Part shown: piece after piece, positions 38,479 through 47,550 of the stretch
Layout of the letters: each line of letters opens with the position of its first letter
Position numbering within the stretch: position 1 is the stretch's first letter
Assembly: GCA_050633305.1 (NCBI GenBank)
Contig: JBOEGF010000008.1
Span: 224,001-288,000 of the forward strand
Direction: 5' to 3'
DNA: 64,000 nt
Source of the DNA: Nannocystales bacterium
GTDB lineage: Bacteria; Myxococcota_A; Polyangia; Nannocystales; Nannocystaceae
Made by a program: the position numbers and the translations under genes
The notes under the pieces: generated by a model
Databases searched by the model: none
What the model was told of the DNA's origin: nothing
What the model saw: only the letters and a program-made list of their open reading frames with translations

Positions 38479-38907
38479 CTAGGACTCCGCCAGTTTCGCC
38501 GCACCCCGCAGAAGGTCCCGTGCGACGCGGTTCATCAGCGGCCGCAGAACGAGGCCGCTGAGAGGAATGATCGGCCGAAAGCGGATACACCAAGTCGCGC
38601 GCGCGCCCCCAGGCGTCTCCACCACGGTGACCTCACCGCGGTGGTCCCGGATCGGTGCGCCCCGCAGGAGCACATAGACGTAGCGGCTGGGGGCATCCCA
38701 CTCGACGACCTCTTCGACGATCGTCGGGCCGACTGCTTTGACGTGTCGAATGGCGCCCAGACCATTGCGCTCCTCTCGCCCCGGGGGATTGAGCGTGACC
38801 GAGCGGACCGCGGGGAACCAGCGCGGCATGGACTCGTGGTCGGTCAGCACCTCCCACATGCGTTGGGCGGTGGCCGAGGTGTTGAGGCTCTGCTCGACAA
38901 CGATCAC
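38479..38907 (-). CDS. SRPBCC (polyketide cyclase/START) family protein
   Basis: WEVLTDHE..PRWFP, GLGAIR, EEVVEWDAP..YVY. Confidence 0.85.
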   Translation of the reverse strand: MIVVEQSLNTSATAQRMWEVLTDHESMPRWFPAVRSVTLNPPGREERNGLGAIRHVKAVGPTIVEEVVEWDAPSRYVYVLLRGAPIRDHRGEVTVVETPGGARATWCIRFRPIIPLSGLVLRPLMNRVARDLLRGAAKLAES

Positions 38908-39100
38908 CGCAGCACTTTGCGCACCCGCGCCGAAACCGTCAAACCACGCCGACCGGCGTCACCCGTCCCCGCAGCCGTGTGCTCCAGCGTCGACTCAGGA
39001 CCCCCTTGCGACGCCATGCAACGCGCACGCGGCCCCGCACCGTCCCTTCGAGATCCGCTTGCGCGCGGGTGCGCCTGCACGTCAATCTGCGCCGTCCGTC

Positions 39101-39805
39101 ATGGTCGCCGCCACCCTCTACCAGTTCGCGCTCTGCCCCTTCTGCAACAAGGTGCGCGCGGGATTGCATCTCAAAGGCATCGCCTTCGACGAGGTCGAGG
39201 TGAGCCCGCGTTCCAAAGTCGAGCTCCCGACTCTCCCGCAGGACGCACCACGCAAGGTTCCGGTGCTCAAAGTTGGCGACGATGTGGTTTGGGACTCCAC
39301 GCGCATCCTCGCGTTCCTCGATGAGGCCTACCCCAAGACGATCTCGTTCACCCCGACGGACGCCACCGCGCGTGCGCGCGCCGAGGCTCTCGAAGCTTGG
39401 GTGGACGACACCTTCATCGAGTCACTTCCGCCGGTCTTGTACGGGACCTGGCGCGAAGCTGCACAGGCCTCGAAGCTCATCGCCAAACACAGTCGGTTTG
39501 GCGCAACTGAGGGTGTCATGGTCAAGCTCGGCGGACCGCTGATCATGCACGCGGTCGCGAAGCGCATCCTCAAACGAAACGACCGCACCGACGCTCATGC
39601 TTGGGTGAGCGAGAACCTCGATCACTTTGAGGCCGAGTTGGGCGAGCAAGCGTTCGTCTGCGGCGACACGTTGAGCGTCGCCGATGTCGCCATGCACGGC
39701 GCATTGACCTGCATCGAGCCGTTCCCGATCTTTGACAGTGTACGCAGCCGAAGACGACTGTTCGCCTGGTTCGAACGCGTCGAAGCGATGAAGCCGGCCG
39801 GATAG
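39101..39805 (+). CDS. glutaredoxin/GST protein, prostaglandin E synthase 2-like
   Basis: LYQFALCPFCNKVR, RKVPVL, DSTRI, F..GD..S.ADVA.HG. Confidence 0.85.
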   Translation: MVAATLYQFALCPFCNKVRAGLHLKGIAFDEVEVSPRSKVELPTLPQDAPRKVPVLKVGDDVVWDSTRILAFLDEAYPKTISFTPTDATARARAEALEAWVDDTFIESLPPVLYGTWREAAQASKLIAKHSRFGATEGVMVKLGGPLIMHAVAKRILKRNDRTDAHAWVSENLDHFEAELGEQAFVCGDTLSVADVAMHGALTCIEPFPIFDSVRSRRRLFAWFERVEAMKPAG

Positions 39806-39907
39806 CTTGGCCGTCCGCCACGCCCCCGCCCCCGTGCAACGAGGGCCCAATGGCCCTCAGAAGCCCGATCTGGGCGATCCGTCACAGGACCGGTCACATC
39901 CCCCGAG

Positions 39908-40435
39908 TTGTGCATCCAACAACTCGTGCAGGACGCGCTCACCGTCGGCTTCGGCCGGAAGTACGTGCCGGGTTGGAACTCCGCCGAGTCTGCGTGGCTC
40001 ATCGAGTCCTCGTCGGCGACGCTCGCCGAGCGCATGTGCTCTCTGCCTGCCCGAGAGGCGGAGCGCTGGATCCGGCTCGCGGAGATCGAAGTCTCCGCGC
40101 GCGTCGAGCGTCGACTGTTGGACCACGACGTCCTGGTTCTGGTTCACCGTGTTCAGCAGCCCTCGTTCTGCGCGTCGCCCGACGCGGTGCCGCTCAGTGA
40201 TCTGCGAGCACCGGTCGAGGAGGAGCTGACCTTCCTCGAAGAAGCCCGCGGTTGGATCGAGATCGAGGTGCGGACCGCCAGCGGTGCGCCAGCTGCCGGC
40301 GTGCGCTACGAACTGCTGTTGCCCGGCGGCGACGTCCTGCGTGGGCGCACGGACTCCGGCGGATTCATTCGCCACGAGCCGCACGAGCAGCATGGCGACT
40401 GCGAGATTCGGTTTCCCGAAGTCGACCAGGGCTGA
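39908..40435 (+). CDS. hypothetical protein with a C-terminal transthyretin-like (T6SS/VgrG-associated type) domain; start uncertain
   Basis: WIEIEV....G.PAAGVRYELLLPGG....GRTDSGG......GDCEIRFPEVD. Confidence 0.6.
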   Translation: MCIQQLVQDALTVGFGRKYVPGWNSAESAWLIESSSATLAERMCSLPAREAERWIRLAEIEVSARVERRLLDHDVLVLVHRVQQPSFCASPDAVPLSDLRAPVEEELTFLEEARGWIEIEVRTASGAPAAGVRYELLLPGGDVLRGRTDSGGFIRHEPHEQHGDCEIRFPEVDQG

Positions 40436-40603
40436 TGAAGCCGTACTGTCCGAACGGCACGAGTCGCCCCCCCCGGACCGAAGCAGAGCCCCCCAAACGG
40501 CTCTAGACGACAGATCCCGGGATCGTACGTGGTCGGCGCGGAACGCCTAGCGGGGAAACCAGGACCTGTGAGCTCCCAACGCGGGGCTCCCGCCAATCCC
40601 CCC

Positions 40604-40631
40604 TTGCATCCCTCCGTGCAGCGCGTAGGAT
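40604..40631 (+). promoter_or_regulatory. sigma70 promoter of the thrS leader
   Basis: TTGCAT 40604-40609, 16 bp, TAGGAT 40626-40631, 6 nt before the leader ATG. Confidence 0.7.
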
Positions 40632-40637
40632 GAGGCC

Positions 40638-40685
40638 ATGTTCTCGCTGAGCACGACGACGACGACGACTATCGACACGGCCTAG
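40638..40685 (+). CDS. Thr-rich attenuator leader peptide MFSLSTTTTTTIDTA
   Basis: ATG TTC TCG CTG AGC (ACG)x5 ACT ATC GAC ACG GCC TAG, directly upstream of a terminator and thrS. Confidence 0.9.
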   Translation: MFSLSTTTTTTIDTA

Positions 40686-40713
40686 GCCGGTGTGGTCTCG
40701 CTTGCTCGCTTGC

Positions 40714-40742
40714 AAAGACCCCCGGCACCCCGGGGGTTTTTT
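40714..40742 (+). terminator. attenuator (Rho-independent terminator) of the thrS leader
   Basis: AAAGACCCCCGG-cacc-CCGGGGGTTTTTT; its 5' arm can instead pair with GCCGG-TGT-GGTCT 40686-40698. Confidence 0.9.
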
Positions 40743-40837
40743 CGTATCTGCACGCTTTTCGCGGCTCACGCTTCCCGCCCCCCCTTTCCTTTCCCCGCTT
40801 CGCTCAACCGCCTACGTTCCGCACCAGGACGCCCGCC

Positions 40838-42883
40838 ATGGACATCTCCATCAACCTTCCCGACGGCAGCAGCCGATCCGTTCCCGAAGGCAGCTCCGTC
40901 TTCGACCTCGCCAAGTCCATCTCGCCCCACCTCGCCAAGGCCGCGATCACCGGCGTGGTGAACGAGCAAGAGGTCGACGTCCGTCACGCGCTGAGCGATG
41001 GCGACCAGGTCCGCATCATCACCAACAAGGACCCGGAAGCCCTCCACACCCTGCGCCACTCCGCCGCGCACCTGATGGCCGCCGCCATCCTCGAAGAGGT
41101 CCCCGGCGCCCAGCTGACCATCGGCCCGGTCACCGACGACGGGTTTTACTACGACATCCATCTGCCCGAGGGCGTCTCGATGGGCGAGGGCGACTTCCCT
41201 CGCATCGAAAAAAAGATGGCGCACCTGGCCAAGCAGAGCACCCCATTCGAGCGCTGCGTCGCGCCGTCCAAGGACAGCGAAGTGTTCCGCGAATACGTCG
41301 CGATCGATGGCGGGTCCAACAAGTTCAAGGCCGAGCTCATCGAAGGCCTCGAGGAACACGGCGCCTTCTCGGGTGCCGACGATGCGCCCGAGGTCAGCTT
41401 CTACAAGATGGGCACGTTCATCGACTTGTGCCGCGGACCGCACGTGCCCAGCACCAAGTGGCTCAAGCACACCAAGCTCATGAAACTTGCGGGTGCGTAC
41501 TGGCGCGGCGACGCAGCCAACGAGCAGCTGTTGCGGGTCTACGGCACCGCGTTCTTCTCCAAGGACGACCTCGCCCAGCACCTGCACATGCTCGAAGAGG
41601 CCAAGAAGCGTGACCACCGAGTTCTTGGTGAGCAGCTCGACCTCTTCCACTTCCAAGAAGACGCGCCGGGCTTCCCCTTCCTGCACCCCAAGGGCACCAG
41701 CGTCTACAACGGCCTGATGGACTTCATGCGCGTTCAACTGCATTCGCGCAGCTACAAGGAAGTCCGCACCCCGCTCATCCTCTCCGAGTCCGCGTGGCAC
41801 ACCTCGGGCCACTACGACAACTACCTGGAGAACATGTTCTTCACCAAGCGGAAGCGTCGCGACAAAGACGAGGCCGCCAAGATCATCGACAACGCCGAAG
41901 AAGATCGGCCGATGGCGGTCAAGCCCATGAACTGCCCGGGCCACCTGATGATCTACAAGCACCGCATGCACAGCCACCACGAGCTGCCGCTGCGGATCGC
42001 CGAGATGGGGCTGGTGCACCGCCGCGAGGCCTCGGGCGTTCGACACGGCATGTTCCGGGTGCAGGCATTCGTGCAAGACGACGCGCACCACTTCTGCACC
42101 CCGGACCAGATCGAGGGAGAGATTCAGCTCCTGATCAAGTTCTTCTTCGAGGTCTACGGCGCCTTCGATCTGACTGACGTTCGGCTCGAACTCTCGACCC
42201 GGCCTGAGAAATCGATCGGCTCCGAAGAGATGTGGGCCAAGGCCGAAGGCGCGCTGAAAAACGCGCTCGATGCCGGCGGTCGCGAGTACCAGGTCAACGA
42301 AGGCGACGGCGCCTTCTACGGCCCCAAGATCGACTTCCACATTCGGGACTCCATCGGCCGCAGCTGGCAGTGCGGCACCATCCAGGTCGACTTCTCCATG
42401 CCCGAACGCTTCGGCCTCGAGTACGTGGGCGCCGACGGAGCCCGCCACACCCCGGTCATGCTGCACCGCGCGTGTTACGGCTCGATCGAGCGCTTCTTCG
42501 GCATCGTCACCGAGCACTTCGCAGGCGCCTTCCCCCTGTGGCTCGCCCCCGTGCAAGCCAAGGTTCTGCCGATCTCCGAGAAGTACAACGACTACGCCGC
42601 CAAGGTCGCCGCGCAGCTCGACAGCCACTCCGTCCGGACCGAGATCGACAGCAGCGATGAGCGGCTCGGCTACAAGATCCGCGCCGCCACCATGCAAAAG
42701 GTCCCGTACTTGATCGTCGTCGGCCAAAAGGAAGCCGAGACCAACACCATCAACGTCCGCTGGCGCGATGGCGAGGACATCGGCGAGACCACCGTCGCAG
42801 GGCTTGTCGAAGCGATGCCGCCCTACACCGTGCCTGCACTTGCAGCATCCCTGCGTGACGCACCGGCGGAAGCGGCGGAGTAG
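40838..42883 (+). CDS. thrS: threonine--tRNA ligase
   Basis: TGS domain, LRHSAAHLMA, DLCRGPH, RDHR.LG, KPMNCPGH, GAFYGPKIDF, WQCGTIQVDF, GSIERF, WLAPVQ. Confidence 0.99.
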   Translation: MDISINLPDGSSRSVPEGSSVFDLAKSISPHLAKAAITGVVNEQEVDVRHALSDGDQVRIITNKDPEALHTLRHSAAHLMAAAILEEVPGAQLTIGPVTDDGFYYDIHLPEGVSMGEGDFPRIEKKMAHLAKQSTPFERCVAPSKDSEVFREYVAIDGGSNKFKAELIEGLEEHGAFSGADDAPEVSFYKMGTFIDLCRGPHVPSTKWLKHTKLMKLAGAYWRGDAANEQLLRVYGTAFFSKDDLAQHLHMLEEAKKRDHRVLGEQLDLFHFQEDAPGFPFLHPKGTSVYNGLMDFMRVQLHSRSYKEVRTPLILSESAWHTSGHYDNYLENMFFTKRKRRDKDEAAKIIDNAEEDRPMAVKPMNCPGHLMIYKHRMHSHHELPLRIAEMGLVHRREASGVRHGMFRVQAFVQDDAHHFCTPDQIEGEIQLLIKFFFEVYGAFDLTDVRLELSTRPEKSIGSEEMWAKAEGALKNALDAGGREYQVNEGDGAFYGPKIDFHIRDSIGRSWQCGTIQVDFSMPERFGLEYVGADGARHTPVMLHRACYGSIERFFGIVTEHFAGAFPLWLAPVQAKVLPISEKYNDYAAKVAAQLDSHSVRTEIDSSDERLGYKIRAATMQKVPYLIVVGQKEAETNTINVRWRDGEDIGETTVAGLVEAMPPYTVPALAASLRDAPAEAAE

Positions 42884-42901
42884 CGGCACCATCGCAGCCT
42901 C

Positions 42902-42934
42902 AGGCCGTCGTCCTCCCCGAGGTCGGCGGCCTTT
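42902..42934 (+). terminator. hairpin/terminator after thrS
   Basis: AGGCCGTCG..CCTC-ccc-GAGG..CGGCGGCCT followed by TTT. Confidence 0.55.
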
Positions 42935-42960
42935 GTCGTTTCGGGCGCTATACTTCACGC

Positions 42961-43305
42961 ATGCGGGAATCCCTGCTCGTCGTGGTCGCGATCATCGTGT
43001 TGTTGACCACGGCAGCGCTCGAGCCCGTCACGGCAATCGGGGGAGGCCTCGTCGTCGCAATCGGCTTCCTGTTGCTCGGAAGTCTCGCGGGCGGGCTCTA
43101 CCACTTGCGGCTGCACCAAGTCCTCACCGCCCGGGACGCACTGCCGCCGCGGTGGTGGGTCGACCCCACGAAGTTGCACAAGGAGCTCAGTGACGCAGAG
43201 CGCGAAAAAGCGCTCCCCGCGTTCTATGCTGGAGCTGCGGCATTCGGGGTGTGTGTACTCGGATGTGTGTCGATGGTGTCCGGGCTCGCCCGGGTCTTCC
43301 TCTAG
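42961..43305 (+). CDS. small membrane protein
   Basis: Hydrophobic helices; TATACT -10 element 6 nt upstream. Confidence 0.7.
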   Translation: MRESLLVVVAIIVLLTTAALEPVTAIGGGLVVAIGFLLLGSLAGGLYHLRLHQVLTARDALPPRWWVDPTKLHKELSDAEREKALPAFYAGAAAFGVCVLGCVSMVSGLARVFL

Positions 43306-43470
43306 GACCGCCGGGGGCCAGACCCCACACGATCCGCCATCGCTCCGTTCATCGCGTAGTCTCGCGAACAATTCGATCGCGGGCGTCGGTAAATGCTGGA
43401 AATTGAGGATGAAATTGCGATTGCAGCAACACCCACCCTCGATGATTCTCGAAGGCGGGGATTGAGGCCG

Positions 43471-45216
43471 ATGCAGCGACGTATGAACAACCACTGGATT
43501 CTGGGTGCCGCGTTGCTCGTCGCGCCTGGTTGTTATGGCGGACTCGACCTCGAGGCAGCAGGCGCGGGTCCGAACTCCGGGCCCGGCGGCACGGACTCGG
43601 GCGCGGAGTCTGGTTCCGGTTCGGACACCGATTCGGACTCCGACTCAGACTCCGACGGCCCCAACGGCGCCGAGCTCCCCGCTCCGTCCTCGCGGCTGGC
43701 TCGCCTCACGCACACCCAATGGGAGAACACGGTGCAGGACCTGCTGTACCTGGACACGCCCACCGGCTTTTCGGAATCGTTCCGCGCCGATCCCTCCAAC
43801 GCAGGCTACCTGTTCGACAACAGTGCAGCCGCTTTGGAAGTCGACCAGGCGCTGTGGTCCGGCTACCAACGCGCCGCTGTCGACACGGCAGCCCTTGCGG
43901 TGACGACTCCCGCCGTCCTTGCGGCGATCCTTCCGGTCGACGGGGGGGACGACGCAGCGCGGGCCGAGGCGTTCGTCCGCGACTTCGGAATGCGGACGTT
44001 CCGTCGGCCGCTGGAGGAAGACGAAGTCATCGCGTACGCGGCGCTCTTCCCCGGAGCCGCCGACCTCTACGATGAAACTACCGGCTTCGACGCAGGCGTC
44101 CAACTGGTCATCGAGACGATGCTCCAGTCTGCGCACTTCCTCTACCGCATCGAGGCAAGCACGGAGGCCGACGGCGACGTCATCGCCTTGAACGACTTCG
44201 AGGTCGCGCAACGGCTGTCGTACTTCCTGCTCGATTCGATGCCCGATGACGAGCTGTTCGACGTCGCAGTGGAGGGCTCGCTCACCCAGGGAGACGTTCT
44301 CGAGGACCAGGCCCGCCGGTTGCTCGCCGACCCGCGCGCCCGCCAGGTGGTCGAGACCTTCCACGACGACCTCTTCGACGCCGAGTCCTACCTCAGCGCG
44401 TCGCCCCTTCCGGCTTTCTATCCCGACGCCCCCTCGGACCTGGGCGAGCTGGCGGTCCAGGAGTTCCACACCTTCGTTGATCGGACGCTGATCGATGACC
44501 AAGGCGGGGTCTACGACCTGCTCACGTCCAACGTCACCTACGTCAACGACGACCTCGCCGCCATCTACGGCGTGACCGGAGTGACCGGCGATGAGTTCCA
44601 GCGGGTCGAGCTCGACCCCGAGCTGCGGCGCGGCCTCTTCACCCAGATCGGCTTCTTGGTGGGCAATGCCACCGGCGTCCAGCCCGACCCAATCCACCGC
44701 GGCGCGTTCATCTCCGAGCGCATCGCCTGCTCCGAGCTACCGCCGCCACCCGACGACATCCCTCCGTTGCCCGACGTCGCAGGCCTGACCAACCGGGAAG
44801 CGATCGAAGAGCTCACCGAGGAGCCGGGGTCGAACTGCGCTGGCTGCCACAGCGTCTTCATCAACCCCATGGGCTTCCCGTTCGAGAACTACGACTCCAC
44901 CGGCGCCTTCCGGACGCAAGACGACGGCAAGACCGTCGACCCAGCGACCACCGTCATCCTCGACGGCCAAGAAAACCCCGTTGCCAACGCGGTCGAGCTG
45001 GCAGACCTGCTCGCACAGAGCCCATCGGTTCACGAGTGCTACGCCAAGCACTGGGTCGAGTACGCGTCGGGCCGACCTGCTCTTCCCGAAGACGAGGCCT
45101 TGGTCCACCGCCTCGCCGCAGCATCCCTCGACTCCTCGGCGTCCATGCAGGACACCCTGGTCGAGATCGTCAAATCACAGCCCTTCACCACGCGCTCGGC
45201 GTTCGAACTCGAGTAG
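43471..45216 (+). CDS. DUF1587/1595/1592/1588/1585 domain lipoprotein with CxxCH
   Basis: RLTHTQWENTVQDL, FRRPL, MLQSAHFLYR, RLSYFL..SMPD..L, RRGLFTQ, PIHRG, CAGCH..INPMGF.FENYD. Confidence 0.9.
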   Translation: MQRRMNNHWILGAALLVAPGCYGGLDLEAAGAGPNSGPGGTDSGAESGSGSDTDSDSDSDSDGPNGAELPAPSSRLARLTHTQWENTVQDLLYLDTPTGFSESFRADPSNAGYLFDNSAAALEVDQALWSGYQRAAVDTAALAVTTPAVLAAILPVDGGDDAARAEAFVRDFGMRTFRRPLEEDEVIAYAALFPGAADLYDETTGFDAGVQLVIETMLQSAHFLYRIEASTEADGDVIALNDFEVAQRLSYFLLDSMPDDELFDVAVEGSLTQGDVLEDQARRLLADPRARQVVETFHDDLFDAESYLSASPLPAFYPDAPSDLGELAVQEFHTFVDRTLIDDQGGVYDLLTSNVTYVNDDLAAIYGVTGVTGDEFQRVELDPELRRGLFTQIGFLVGNATGVQPDPIHRGAFISERIACSELPPPPDDIPPLPDVAGLTNREAIEELTEEPGSNCAGCHSVFINPMGFPFENYDSTGAFRTQDDGKTVDPATTVILDGQENPVANAVELADLLAQSPSVHECYAKHWVEYASGRPALPEDEALVHRLAAASLDSSASMQDTLVEIVKSQPFTTRSAFELE

Positions 45217-45227
45217 GAGACCCCGCC

Positions 45228-46634
45228 ATGAATGTTTCTCGTCGATTCGTACTTCGTGGAATGGGTGCCGCCGCCATGGCACTCCCCATGCTCGAGAGCC
45301 TCGCCCCCCGCGGAGCCAAGGCTGGTGGCAACGCGACCCCGTCCTACGCCATTTTCCTACGGCAAGCCAACGGTGTGGGCGCTGCCCAGAGCACCGATGT
45401 GGGCGATGAGCCCGAGCGTTTCTGGCCCCGCAACCCCGGTGCCCTCACTGCGGAGAACATCGAAGGGCGCGCGCTGGGTGAGCTCAGCGACTATGCCGAT
45501 CGGATGCTCGTCGTTGGCAACGTCCGCATGGAATCCTACGACTACGGCGACGGCCACGCCCGAGGCGTATTCCAATCACTCACCGGTCGTCCGGCCAACG
45601 TCGCCGGTGCGGGAGGGTCATCCGAGGCTAGCGGCGAGTCGTTGGACCACCGGATCGGACGCGAGCTGAACGCGGACGACCGCGAGTCCATGTTCATGTA
45701 CGCCGGGCGCAACGCCGGATGGCTGGGTGGCGCATGCCTCTCCCACCGTGGTGCCGCCAGCCGCCGGGGGCCGCTGCACAACCCCGTGCTCGCCTACCAG
45801 CAGATGATGGGGATCGACAGCGACCAGTTCGCGACGCTGATCGCCCGGCAACGCAGTGTCAACGACCTCGTCAAGGGCGAGATGGATACCCTGCTGGGTC
45901 GAGCCGAGCTCAGCACCCAGGATCGCATGCGGCTCGAGCTCCACCAGCAGAGCGTCCGCGACCTCGAAAACGGCCTGCAATGCAGCCTTGATGCGGACCA
46001 GGAGGCAGCCCTGAACGGACAAGCCGCCGGCTTCGAGAGCACCGATGGCGACCAAGTCCTCGCTGCCGTTCGGGCGCACATGGATGTGGCCGCCCTCGCC
46101 ATCGCCTGCGGGTACACCCGCTCGGTCGCGATCCAAGTCGGCAACGGCAACGACGGCGACACCCAGTATCGCAACCTCGACTCCGGGGCGCTGATGGAGA
46201 ACTACCACTTCGTCTCGCACCGCCGGCAGTCGCACGGCTCCGACGGGGCCATCATCCCCAACTCCGACCTCCTGCATCACTTCGTCGACGTGCAGTTCGC
46301 ACAGACGTTCCGTCACTTGCTGGAACGATTGGAGTCCTACGTCATGCCCGACGGCCAAGCGTTGCTCGACGCGGGCGTGAGCGTTTGGCACAACGACAGC
46401 GCAAACGGTCCAGGACACGGCTCGCTGAACGTCCCCTACGTGGTCGCAGGCGGGGCCGGTGGACTGCTGCGGACAGGGCAATACATCGAGCTTCCCGGCA
46501 GCGAGACCAACCACGCGCGGCTGCTCAACACCCTGGGCAGCGCGGCCGGCCTGCGCTCCGCGGACGGATCGCTCATCAGCGACTTCGGCGACCCAGCGCA
46601 GAACCGAACGCCGCTCGACGAGATGCTGGCCTAG
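45228..46634 (+). CDS. DUF1552 domain protein (Tat signal)
   Basis: SRRFVLRGMG..ALPMLES, D..RLE.H..SVRDLE, ALAIACG.TR, H.VSH, P.VVAGGAGG.LRTG. Confidence 0.9.
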   Translation: MNVSRRFVLRGMGAAAMALPMLESLAPRGAKAGGNATPSYAIFLRQANGVGAAQSTDVGDEPERFWPRNPGALTAENIEGRALGELSDYADRMLVVGNVRMESYDYGDGHARGVFQSLTGRPANVAGAGGSSEASGESLDHRIGRELNADDRESMFMYAGRNAGWLGGACLSHRGAASRRGPLHNPVLAYQQMMGIDSDQFATLIARQRSVNDLVKGEMDTLLGRAELSTQDRMRLELHQQSVRDLENGLQCSLDADQEAALNGQAAGFESTDGDQVLAAVRAHMDVAALAIACGYTRSVAIQVGNGNDGDTQYRNLDSGALMENYHFVSHRRQSHGSDGAIIPNSDLLHHFVDVQFAQTFRHLLERLESYVMPDGQALLDAGVSVWHNDSANGPGHGSLNVPYVVAGGAGGLLRTGQYIELPGSETNHARLLNTLGSAAGLRSADGSLISDFGDPAQNRTPLDEMLA

Positions 46635-46723
46635 GGAGCGTCCTAGCGTCGCAACGACGGGTGTGTCGGGGGTTCTCTTCGACATCGGGTGGCCGAACCC
46701 CGCATCGTTGGTAGCCTGCCCGC

Positions 46724-47521
46724 GTGGAGCTGCTGACGATCCCGTTCTCGCACTACAACGAGCGTGCGCGCTGGGCGATGCAGCACCATGGGGTCGTCGC
46801 CCATGAGCGCCGCTATCTGCCAGTGCTGCACTACGCTCCGGTACGACGGGCGGTCCCCGAAGCACAGCAGACCGCCGACGCTGCCAGCAGCGGACTGTCC
46901 ACGCCGGTTCTGGTGTTGGACGACGGTCGCGTGGTCAACGACTCTGCGGATATCGTGCGCTGGGCGGATGCTTCCCATGCGTCCCCCAACACCACGCTCT
47001 TCCCGGACGCACATCGCGAGGCGATCGAGGCGTTCGAACAACCCCTCCAGGCTAGCCTCGGCAAGGACACCCGATTCTTGGCGTACTGGTTCCTGCTCCG
47101 CGACAAGTCCGCGTTCGCCGAGCTGGTCCGTCACAACGTTGGTTGGTGGCAACGGACGGCCTTCGCTGTGGGTGCACCTGCGGCCAGAGCCGGCATGCGA
47201 AAGCGGTTCGGGCTCACCCAACCCCGTTACGAAAGCGTCCGTGCTCGCCTCGAAGGCGTCGTCGCGGAGCTGAGCGAGAGCCTCGGTGCTCGGGACTACG
47301 TCTTCGCAGACCGGTTCACCGCAGCCGATCTCACCCTGGCCACCATGCTCTCTCCGGTCCTGCTTCCGCTCCCGGGTTATGGCGCGCACATCCCCGCGCT
47401 CGAAGGCCCGTACACAGCGCTTCGAGACCAGCTCCTGCAGACGCACGCGGGACAGCACGCTCTTCGCATGTACACACGGCACCGTGCCACGACGGCCGCC
47501 GCCTCCTGGACGAGAGCGTAG
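46724..47521 (+). CDS. glutathione S-transferase family protein
   Basis: TIPFSHYNERARWA, TPVL..DDG..DSADI, DRFTAADLT. Confidence 0.88.
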   Translation: MELLTIPFSHYNERARWAMQHHGVVAHERRYLPVLHYAPVRRAVPEAQQTADAASSGLSTPVLVLDDGRVVNDSADIVRWADASHASPNTTLFPDAHREAIEAFEQPLQASLGKDTRFLAYWFLLRDKSAFAELVRHNVGWWQRTAFAVGAPAARAGMRKRFGLTQPRYESVRARLEGVVAELSESLGARDYVFADRFTAADLTLATMLSPVLLPLPGYGAHIPALEGPYTALRDQLLQTHAGQHALRMYTRHRATTAAASWTRA

Positions 47522-47550
47522 CGACTTCGCCCGCCCAGGCAACGGCGCCC

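Noticed and set aside
40435..40837. T-box riboswitch upstream of thrS
   Set aside because: No T-box consensus; the leader peptide and alternative hairpins explain the region
40766..42958. 730-aa antisense ORF over thrS, and similar long shadow ORFs such as the 5' part of 35444..38449, 18943..20406 and 47738..49837
   Set aside because: Expected stop-codon-poor shadow frames of high-GC coding DNA; no recognisable motifs
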